DNA of 64,000 bases, taken from NCBI RefSeq assembly GCF_009914755.1, contig NC_060927.1; one strand, 5' to 3'. Source of the DNA: the human T2T-CHM13v2.0 reference genome, Homo sapiens. Shown here one piece after another: positions 53,854 to 64,000 of this stretch. Both the position numbers and the translations under genes were made by a program. How positions within the stretch are numbered: the stretch's first letter is position 1; each line of letters opens with the position of its first letter. The notes under the pieces are model-generated. The model searched no databases, had not been told where the DNA came from, and was given only the letters and a program-made list of their open reading frames with translations.

Positions 53854-56474
53854 GAGGTGGAGGCCCCAAGCATGAGGGGTTAGGAGGCAGTGGCAGAGGC
53901 AGGAGAGTTGGAGTCTCCAGACATGGCGCCTGTGTCATGAGAAGAGCTGGGGAAACCACAGAGAGGAGGAAGTCATCGCTGTGGGCTTTGGTCTTGAAAC
54001 CTGGAAACTTCAGAGGCAAAAGAGGAAAAAGGAGGGAGGGCTGAGACAGATGAGGGGCTCCCTAGTGGCAGTTGCTCTGGCTAAGAGCAGAGAGACAGAC
54101 ATTTCTAGAAAGAAAAGAGGGGGCCAGTGGCCCTAGGGCAGTCCCCTGCATGTGCAGCAGCCCGACTCTGTGAAGATGTGGGCATGTTGGTTAGGAGAAG
54201 CAGCAGCCATTTTTATGGTTCATCCCCACTCTAGTGTTATTCACCTGGAAATTTCCAATGACTCGCTGTACTTCATACTGAGAGTTGTTCCTGAATCCTG
54301 GATAAACTGATGAGCTCAAGGAGCCTTGATGTCAAAAAAATTTTGCAACCATTCTTATGACCCTAAACTAAATTCTGAAATTAACCAACCAGTCAATGAT
54401 GCAGTGCCTAATGGGGACAGGGGCAGCCCTGTGTCAGGTATTGATGAATTCAGAGAGTCACTTTATATCAGAGAAGCATGAGTCATGAGCTCAGCCTTCC
54501 AAGAAGGTCTGCGAAGGGGGAGCTCAGGGAGGGTGAATGTAATTATCTAATGCAATGGCAGCCTCAATAAAGGATGGCAGGGGGACGAACAATAAAAGGA
54601 AAGTACTGGAGCATCTGATTAGGACCCCAAATATTAAAAACAACAGGGAGGATTCTCAAGAGAGTAGAGACAAAGCTTCCTTCTGGGGCGATATGAAGCA
54701 AATAGCCCCTATTCCTCTCTCTCACTCTCTTCTGAAAACTCATGAACCCACCACAAAAGAAGCCTTGCGGAACTTTAAATCCAAAATCAGATTTGCACAA
54801 AGGACAGACACTGGCTTAAAGTCATGGGATGAAGGGGCCAGAAATTTGGCTTTGATAAGTTAGGTAAAATATTTATCCTGAAGGAAAAAAATACCACCAG
54901 ATGTCTTTCCTTCTAGAGAGTAATCCAGGTAAGGCTGGTGACAGCTTCTTATTCCATAATGGCATCCCAGAGGGAAAAAGGAAAATGAAAGGAAGCTCTT
55001 TTAATCTTGGCATCATCTCAGATCTGATACTTGGAAAACAGGTTTATTTTAAAAAGCAGATCAGCAGCCCCAAAGGAGCATGCATAACAGGAGCCTCCAG
55101 CTTTGTTTGGGGCCCAGCTGTTCTTGGGCAGACTGACATGGCTTCTCTTCTGCCAGTGTCAGGCCAAGAATACGCTCCTTCCCCTCTGGTGCTACAAAGA
55201 GCAACAATGCACCCCGAGGGACAGAAGAATCAGCCAACAGGGCAGGAGTCTCTATCTCCCCAGCTATTACTTAGGCCTGTTGAGGGCTCAGAGGGTAGAT
55301 CCCACTTCCAGTACAGCACAGGCCAGGAAGCTAAAGGCCTGCTGCAAAGTCAGATGGGAAGAACTGCAGGACATTCTCCCCACTGCTTCACCTGTGGGGT
55401 CAGGCAGGACCACAGATCTTTGGCAAACAATGTGGGCTGTGGAAGGCCCGTGACTATCTTGTGGAAGGGTGAATTTGAATCACCCTTGCAGAAAGGCAGA
55501 AATGAGTTCTTTGCTAGTGAGTGGGCCTAGCTGGCTGCCCAGCAGTGTTCTTGCTTCCGTGGAGGGTGGGCTATATCTGAATGTATGTTTAGACACATAC
55601 CATGTTCTGAGAAAGTGTCCCTCAGGGACTGTCTACTCCAACATTCCCTACAGATTCTAAGACTGAGCCCTGGTCCCAACATCTTAGAAGGGGCCAGTTA
55701 AGGGGCGACAGAAACCTGTTGTCAGCCCCTGAAAAAACTCCACATAGTCATGTAAGTGTAACAAGACAGAGATTTTTTTAAACGGTTTCTTTATTTGATA
55801 AAGATGTTCATGATGATCATTGTCCTTGAAAATAAATTTCCAAAGAGTCATGGGGCTTATTTTCTCTGTAGTTTAGCATCAAGCAGAGAGAAAAGGCATC
55901 GGACCAATAGCTACCCTCTGGGAGCTGACCTGTGCCACCCAGTTGCCAGGAAACCTGCGCCATCCAGACTCACTTGTGCTGAGGACAGCTCCTGGCACGG
56001 TGGCACCCCATCCTCACCATTCATATTTTTCTTTCCCACAGTCCCAAATCTGTTCTAGTTAATCAGTGAGGAAAACAGTTTGGGAATAAAACTAAAATGG
56101 ACATGACTATGCCTGGCCCTCGCTTTTTCTAAGACTGGAAAAGAGTTTTAGATGGCAAGAGGACCCCATCATTGCGCAGACGAGGAAAGGAAAAGGAGGG
56201 AGGTGAGATGGCTCACCCAGTGGCACCGCAGGGGTCAGCAGAGCCTGGGAGCCCAGCACTTCATTCCCAGCTCCATCCAGTGGCCACTGCCATACCACGA
56301 GGTGCTGCAGGTTTCTTATTTGATTGTATTGAACAAAAACCAGGGTGGGGGTGAGGAGGTAAACACTGACTGTCACATTTTAGGCCTAGAATCCCTACAT
56401 TCTATATTAGCAGAAGGAACTAAAACTGTTTCCCAAGTAAAAATTAACCAATACACAGATGTGAATATGGATGA

Positions 56475-56797
56475 TGTCTTAGCCTGTTTTGTGTGCTATG
56501 AGTATCGCAGACCAGGTAATTTATAACAGACAGAAATTTACTTCCCACAGTTCTGGAGGTTGGAGGGTCCAAGATCAAGGCACCATCAGGTTTGGTGTCT
56601 GGTGGAGGCTGTATCCTTTGGAAGGGGGCTAGCAGAAGACCAAGCAAATGAGCCTGCGTGCAGAGGCACTTTTATAAGGGCCTTGATCCCATTCACCAGG
56701 AGAAGCCCTCATGCCCCAATCACTTAAGGCCTCATATCTTTATATTATCACACTGCAACACTTGAATTTTGGAGGGGACACATTCAAATCATAGCCA
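56475..56797 (-). mobile_element. MLT1A/MST-like MaLR solo LTR
   Basis: TGTCTTAG...CACAGTTCTGGAGG...TCCAAGATCAAGG...GGGGACACATTCAAATCATAGC. Confidence 0.85.
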
Positions 56798-56851
56798 ATA
56801 TTTTGGCTGTGTTTCCTACCCCCACGCCATTCATGAGCCAAGTTAGAATCA

Positions 56852-57211
<360 letters not shown>

Positions 57212-57769
57212 CCTCACCTCCCTCTCTCACAGCTCTTGTCTCCTTTTGGGCCTAAGGAAAACACCAGTTCCACAGGAGAGGATGAAGGTAAATGGGAGGT
57301 GAGACGGCTCTGGAACTGGCCTCCTATGAAGCCACAGTAGCTTAATTCCCTCACGAAGAGACTTTTTCAGCCAACCACGTCTCAGGCTGCACCCACCAAT
57401 CACAATCCCAGAAAGAAGAGGCAAGGGAGTCTCTGAGACAGGCTGTCCTCAGACCAGGAGCTGAGGTCAGTGGTGCTCTGCAAACTTTCATCCGAACTTT
57501 GTCTCAGCCTTCCTTTTAAGCTCCAGGAAAGACTAGAAGTCACAATCTTAGAGGAAATGGACTTGGGTTTTCATTAAATTTCTCCTGTATGGGGCATTGG
57601 GCAATGGGCATGTGAGTTCAGCTTCTGACAATGGTGATTCCCATTGCTCTGTTTGAATAGAAGCCACACTTCAGAGGAGAAAGAACAGGGAGTAACGGTG
57701 TCTGGATTTCTGAGTCACCCTGGTCAGGATACACCAGGTCAAAGTGCTTACCTTTCAGTCGTTTGGATG

Positions 57770-58490
57770 ATTTACTGCTACCTGACTGGTCTCCCTTGCC
57801 TTGATTTTTCCCTGTCTATGTTTACTTTACTCAGAGGAAATACCTATCTCCTTATCTTACCCTAATCAATAGATGTCTTTGGTGGGTCTCCACTGCTTAT
57901 CCATTCAAACTCCTCACCTCAGAGTTGCAGGTCCTTCATCACACTGGCTCACCGCTCCCTTCACAGGCCTGCTTTCCTGCCAAGCCACATTTCTAAGAGT
58001 TCCCTAAACTCAACCTCTCTCTTTCAGCTTTTCCACCCATTGACTTTATTTCAGAATAATTCCCTCACCCAGAGCACCACACTGCTCTTGCTACAAACCT
58101 CTCTATCTGCCCAATTCCAGCCATCAAAGCTTACCCCTAATGTCACCCAAAGTCTAACACGGTCATTATCTCAATGGTGATGATGAGGAGAAGGATGTTG
58201 GTGCATAGCATGTATTATTATGTACCAGGCCACATGTTAAGTGTATGGGTCTTTTCCTCAAAACAACCCTACAACATAGGTGGTGTTATTATCTCCATTT
58301 GACAATGGAAAAGAAACAACCAATGCACAAAGAGGTGACATGACGCTTCACTCCACCATGGATTGTAGTAAGTCATACCACTTTGCATCTTTCCTTCTAA
58401 GGGAGCATGAGTGGGGCCCTAGGCCTCTTCTTTCCCACCCCCTGCCTACTGCAGTGCCTGACACATGGTACCTACTGAGTATATTGGGGT
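57770..58490. mobile_element. L2 and MIR fragments
   Basis: CCTGACTGGTCTCCC; TCAAACTCCT; CTCAAAACAACCCTA...ATTATCTCCATTT; CAGTGCCTGACACATGGTA. Confidence 0.5.
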
Positions 58491-58861
58491 CATTTCAGAA
58501 GAGCACAAGAATTCAGCTGCTTATTGTGTTTTCTGGCAATTGGCTATTCTCTCATTTGGTGACTTAGTTTTATATTTCATAGATCAATTCTAGGGTGGAC
58601 AGAGGAGAGTCGTCTGCCACAGGAGAAGGAAGCATCATGTAGGTTCCTGATGGAGACAGGGAGGAAGGCGGGGGGAATCCTTTCTTCTTCTTTGGGATGG
58701 GGGCAGTCACTCCATGTGGCCATCTGTGACCCAGGGCAGCGTATCACTGAATGGCTCCAGTTCTTCAAGCCTGGACAGGATTGGCCATAGTTCTTATGGG
58801 AGTGAATGGGTAGGGGAGGGTTAAGAGGAATAAAACAAAAGGTTTGGAACTGGTAACTTTG

Positions 58862-58882
58862 GTGTATATGTGCATGCGTGCA

Positions 58883-58919
<37 letters not shown>
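58862..58919. repeat. (TG)n / alternating purine-pyrimidine tract
   Basis: GTGTATATGTGCATGCGTGCATGC(GT)n. Confidence 0.93.
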
Positions 58920-58922
<3 letters not shown>

Positions 58923-59099
58923 GTCACAGAATGAACACTAGAGACTCAGGGCTGATTAACTTCACCAATCATACCCCAGAGAGGGGAAAAGCCAATCTCT
59001 CTGTGCCCCAGTGCTTTTGTCTATGGTGGGGGGTACAGGGGGTCATGGCTTCCCATGTGGAGCCCAGGCTTCCTGTCCCAGCTGGCAGTGGAATCTGCA

Positions 59100-59980
59100 T
59101 TTCCAAGATCACAGAGACCCAGGCTCAAGCTTGGTGTTGCCACTTATAAGTCAAGTGCCCTCTGGCAAGGAACTCACTCGTTCTGAGCCCCAGTTTGCAC
59201 CTGTGTTAACACTGGGTAACATACCTGTATTTCAGGGTTGGTGTCAGGGCTGGATGAGACAGCATACACAGACCATGGGCATGAGGCCCAGGCTGGGGCT
59301 CAGTGAAGAAGAAGGTGGAGTTTCATCTCAGGCTCCCGCAGTCCATGTGAACCCACGTGGACACTGCTCTATGCATATGTGGTGCTTCTCTGCTATGAAG
59401 GCCTCAGCCCCTGGGCCCCCTCAGGCCCAGCTTTCCCCAGCAAGTGTTTCTTCTGCTTCAGGAGAAGCCTGCCTTCAGGGGGGCCAAAGCCACATTGTAT
59501 GCCCACTGGGTTGTCCTTTGCACGGCTTTAAGAAGCAGGATTCTACTCTGTTTCTGATATCCCATAATAAGAAATGATATATTTTGATACTTCTTTGATT
59601 TAATGGGTCTTTAGTATGCATGAGCTAGAATTTTGGAGACCATGACTATAATTTGGGGCTTGTAGGTAAGTACAGGTCGGAGGCTGGACATAATTCACCA
59701 CCTCTGTGTGTCCTTGGGTCTTCCATGTGTCCCACTCATTCCTTGGCGAAGATTGCTTTAGGATGTTCTATTTGCTTCCTTATCTCCATGCCCATCTTCT
59801 GAATTCAGGCAAAGAATAATTCCACTTTAAAAGTTGCTTTAAGAAGCCACACTCCATGGATGAGGAAAATGGAGGTCGAAAGAGATTTAAGTAACACACG
59901 CAGGTAATTACAGAGGGTGAGTGGCAGATCCAGAGCAGTGAACAGACCCTGAGTTCCCAGAGTAGAATCTTTTTCAGCTC
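59100..59980. mobile_element. MIR fragments (about 59100-59300 and 59830-59980)
   Basis: GGCAAG...CTGAGCCCCAGTTT; GATGAGGAAAATGGAGG...AAGTAAC. Confidence 0.55.
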
Positions 59981-60029
59981 ATGTTGCTATTGGCCTGCAT
60001 CCGTGAGATGTTCCCGTGTCCATATGCTT

Positions 60030-60408
60030 TCTATACAATTCAATGTTTTTTCTTCAAATTGACTCATATTTTTATTTCAATAAATTTATCTTAAAGGGAA
60101 ATTTTATATCATGACTTTATGAAAAGGCGGTATCACTTGCCATTAATAGGAAGTTATTAACTAAAGACAATGCAAAATAGTAAATGAAATTTTAACTGTA
60201 TATTGTTGCCTGGGCAAAGAAAACATGCTGGAAATCCGTTCTCTTTTATTAGAAAGGATGATTGGCAGGTTTCAGGGATGTTAAAGACCTAAGAGGACAA
60301 AACTGAAACTGATTCTGGACCTGATTCCAATGCTATCTAATGTCATCAGTGAGAAGAATTTTTCTCCAATACAATCAGTAGTATAATTCTCACACTTGGA
60401 GACCACTG
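60030..60408 (-). mobile_element. Old hAT-Charlie element (MER113-like, tentative)
   Basis: Charlie-like terminus CACACTTGGAGACCACTG and body GTATCACTTGCCAT. Confidence 0.45.
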
Positions 60409-61665
60409 CAGTGGACAATGTAGCCACATCAGATCCCCTTGTTTCTTTAGAGGTCAGCAGACTCCTTATCTTTCCTTGCCCAGCAAGCTCCATCAAGAAT
60501 ATTAAACTTAAAAACAGTTCATAGACATTTTGTTTAGTGACCAAATACCCAATGAACGCCTGACTCCCTTTCATTTTCTCCTGTTGAAGAATACATGTTG
60601 AATTTAAGCATACATTTTCATAAATTTTCTTATGGACTATTTTTTCACCTCAGAAACAATGTCAAGGTAATTAAATTTTAAATAATAAGTCAGGGAAGTT
60701 GTTCTCAGCAATGGAAAATGCTGTGATTTAAATTGCCAATATACAAATACTTTTAGTTCTTGAAAACCACTGCCAACTGTGCCTGCCGGAAGTTATATGC
60801 TCAATAGCTTGCTATGATTGATGCAGGCATTAATCATTAAAAAAAAAAAAAAAAAAAAAGGCGAACTAAGTAATTTGCATCCAAAGGATGACATCAGTAA
60901 CACCATGAACTTGTTGTTCTAGAAACTGACCACTAGATGGAGAACTTGCAATTCAAAAATAAAATAACTCAGCCTCTTCGGTGCAAACATTTTACCAAAG
61001 GATCTATTGTACTTACAAACCTGCATCTACACAAGCGAGAAGGTACTACTTGCCCTGAAGATGGTATTCTTTTCTTTTCTACCAGACTTTGATATTCCTC
61101 TCCCTCTTTCCTCAGGACAGGTCACTTCTCCCCACAGTCGGTGTTTCTGTGTGAGTTCACCTTTAAAACTTTGAGCATGTCATTATTGTATTCCCAGCCC
61201 TGTAACTGAGTAGAAAAATGTGTTCCTTAAGATGTGGTCTCTTTCTTCCCCCTGCCTTGACACTACTCACTCCTGAGCACAAGGGCTTCACATCATCAAG
61301 TCTCATTCCTGAATGCGAATCCAGTGCAGCCTGCAAGAGCACCTTGATTTGTAGGAAATTTTTTTCTTCTCCATGAATTACACACCATCTTTATTCTCCG
61401 CTATGATAACAGCAGTAAATCCTCTTTAAAGTTTTTTTTTTAAAGAAATTCCATATCAATGGAGTGGTTGTTCTTTTACCAACTCTTTAAATATGGCTAT
61501 AATGAGATATATGAGCCCAGTTCTCAGAGTGAGGACAGGATGTAGGAGTGACACCTTCATGCAATAGGGTCTAAAACAATAGAATACATTGAGATCATTG
61601 CAGCAAATCAGTGAGTTTATTTGGAAGTTCTAATTTAGGGCTATCTCTTTCCCCCATGGCTAATG

Positions 61666-61739
61666 GTGTGTATGTGCATGTGTGCATGCATATGTGTGTG
61701 TGTGTGCATATGCGCGCATGTGTGTGCGTGTGTGTGTAT
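61666..61739. repeat. Alternating purine-pyrimidine (TG/CA/CG) tract
   Basis: About 73 bp of uninterrupted RY alternation. Confidence 0.9.
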
Positions 61740-61889
61740 TGGTGTGGCATAAAGGGAGAGGGCAGAAGAACTGAAACATTTACTTATTTTCTTTCTATAT
61801 AAATAGGCACGTGAACAAAATCAAGCACAAAAGAGATTCTTTGTGGCTGGGGTTTCCTGGCTGCAGCCCCAGAACCTAAGAACCCAAAG

Positions 61890-62040
61890 CTCCATTCCCA
61901 AGTGGACTCTCCTAATTTGCTAAATAACCTTGGGCAAGTCATTTAACCTTCCCAAACCTCAGCTTCTCCATCTATAAAGGAGGATGCAGAGCGCTGTCTC
62001 TTCCCAGCTTCTCCGGGAAGTTGTGAGGATTAATGATAAG
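61890..62040. mobile_element. MIR
   Basis: ACCTTGGGCAAGTCATTTAACCT...CCTCAGCTTCTCCATCTATAAA...GTTGTGAGGATTAA. Confidence 0.8.
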
Positions 62041-63627
62041 AGAAAGGCAGTCAAGGGTCTGGAGTTTCTTTAAGAAAGGTGCTGCTTACCCTTGGATGAG
62101 AGTCCTAAAAATAAAAGAATAAACACCAGCAGTCCAGGCCAAAGTCGCAAGGGCTGTGTGCCTTGTGGTTTCCACATTTTCTATTCCTCAAAGAGGGTTG
62201 GCGGGGACCAAACAAAACAAAACACCTAATAAAGCCTTTGTCTGACAAAATTCTCACTGGATTTTTATCCGATTACTCTGTGTCTATAGATGAAATAATT
62301 TTTAAACGTCCTGAAAAAACTGAAAGGAAAAAATGTCTCTGCCCAAAGACGCCAGGCATTCCTGCCTAGCCCTTCATCGCATGGAGAGGAAAGAACTCCT
62401 CTGACAATTAGCCTTCTATTTTGGTGACAGTAATTATCACCATTAGGGGCTTTGCTTTTGCTCTTATGATGAAATATATATTCATGCTGCAGAGGCTCCA
62501 ATCTGAGGACTATTTGGGCAGAACCCAAAATGCAAGGAAAGGATCGATTTTAACCTATTTTAAAACATTTGATCTAATTTGATATTTCTAGTTTTCAACG
62601 GCTTACAGCAAATAGATGAAAATAAATGTCTTGTCACATGTTGTGCTGTGGACTATGCCTTTCGGTTTTCAAAGACTCCTGAAAACAGGAGGAGAATCCT
62701 CTATTAGTGTGTCCGATGCCTCAGGATTTTCCAGCTGTCGTTGTTCAAAGGTCTATCTTTTGGAGCCTGGTGGAATGACCAAGTGGATTATTTGCTCTAA
62801 AATTCTGTAAGTGATCTGTTTCTGAGTCTTTTGGCTAAAATAATAAAAAGGGATGGGGCAGAGAGGGAAGCAGCAAGCCCACACAAGTATTTGTGGGTGT
62901 ATATGCATTCTTGTGCATATTTTCAGGCCAGACATATAATTCTGATTATTTGGAGAGGAGGAGTGCTGCTACTAGCCTCCTTTTGAGAAGTCTAATTCTT
63001 GTAATGGCCCACTGCATTCATGAAGGCTTTCGTCTCCAAATAATTAATTTGCCTTTATGCAAGCGTATTTGCCTCTTACAAATCCTAAAACACAACACTG
63101 AGGACCCAGGCTCAGCAAACCCGCTTTCAAGCACATAAATAATTGCCTTGGAATAATTAACAATTAACCTTGGTAAAAGGAGAGCTAAACATTAGTATAC
63201 TATATTAATTCAAAACAGATATTAGCTGTTTGGTGTTAGAAAATGTTATAAACCTATATACAGTTATAAACCTACATGGTCAGTAAGTTTAGTTAGCTGG
63301 AATATGTTAACTAGTAGTTTTGATGTAAATATTTAACCCATTTGCTTCAATCTATTTCACAAGCATTTATGCAAACTGGCCTTTTTTTTTTTTAAATGAA
63401 GGCCCTGAAATCAAGAAGAACTGGGATTGAGACTATAAATGGCTTATCAGGGTTCCTCACTCCACCTGTAGCAAAACTCAGCACAGATGGTCTATGACAA
63501 TGGATGAACAGCATATTCTTCACATGTAAAGAATTTGGGTGTGAAATACACATAAGCAAAATTTCATCCACTGGGCTGTTGGATTCATGGTGGGGAGGGT
63601 TTTTTGTAAAGAAATATACTAAGACAG

Positions 63628-63780
63628 ACCGGGCACAGTGACTCACACCTGTAATCCTAGCTACTCAGGTGGCTGAGGCAGGAGAATCACTTGAACCCAG
63701 GAGGCCGAGGCTGCAGTGAATTGAGATCACGCCGCTGTACTCCAGCCTTGATGACCAAGTGAGACTCCATCTCAAAAAAA
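63628..63780 (+). mobile_element. Monomeric Alu (left-arm start joined to right arm)
   Basis: CAGTGACTCACACCTGTAATCC continues directly into AGCTACTCAGG...GAGACTCCATCTC plus A-tail. Confidence 0.85.
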
Positions 63781-63797
63781 TATATACATAATATAGT

Positions 63798-64000
63798 GAC
63801 CAGCCTGGCCAATATAGTGAAACTCCATCTCTACTAAAAATACAAAAAAACAGCCAAGCATGGTGGCACATGCCTGTAGTTTCAGCTACTCAGGAGGCTG
63901 AGGCAGGAGAATTGTTTGAACCTGGGAAGCAGAGGTTGCAGTGAGCCGAGATCATGCCACTGCGATCCAACCTGGGCAACAGAGGCAGACTCCATTGTCT
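63798..64000 (+). mobile_element. 5'-truncated AluS running off the window end
   Basis: GACCAGCCTGGCCAA...TACTAAAAATACAAAA...GCAGTGAGCCGAGATC. Confidence 0.93.

Noticed and set aside
59011-59577. 188-aa ORF
   Set aside because: GTG start, overlaps a MIR relic, no domain
59660-59672. Consensus donor AG|GTAAGT
   Set aside because: No convincing paired acceptor or reading frame; isolated donors are common
60839-60859. Poly-A run as the tail of a processed pseudogene
   Set aside because: No recognisable upstream mRNA-like body or TSD

Overview
Primate (human-like) genomic DNA. The window is repeat-rich and shifts from very AT-rich (1-21 kb) to moderately GC-rich (about 49-60 kb). No complete cellular protein-coding gene is visible. 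The first 11.9 kb is an L1-packed stretch containing a full-length THE1A-type MaLR provirus (5007-7601), which itself holds an Alu. A candidate + strand terminal exon/3'UTR follows at 11906. The dominant feature is a structurally complete but coding-defective HERV-E provirus on the minus strand (21828-30606), with LTR2-type LTRs, a tRNA-Glu PBS, gag-pro-pol-env and a 4-bp TSD. It is nested inside an MLT2A (HERV-L) solo LTR. The remainder contains Alus, MIR/L2 relics, MaLR/ERVL solo LTRs, hAT MITEs (MER53, MER5), a near-consensus CTCF site, AP-1 motif clusters, non-B-DNA tracts and several small template-switch scars. I found no convincing undescribed biological system. The best leads are a possible HERV-E-driven spliced transcript running antisense into the putative gene end, a MER53 hairpin with identical arms, and templated-insertion scars. 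Repeat subfamily names come from recalled consensus sequences, and boundaries of old repeats are approximate.
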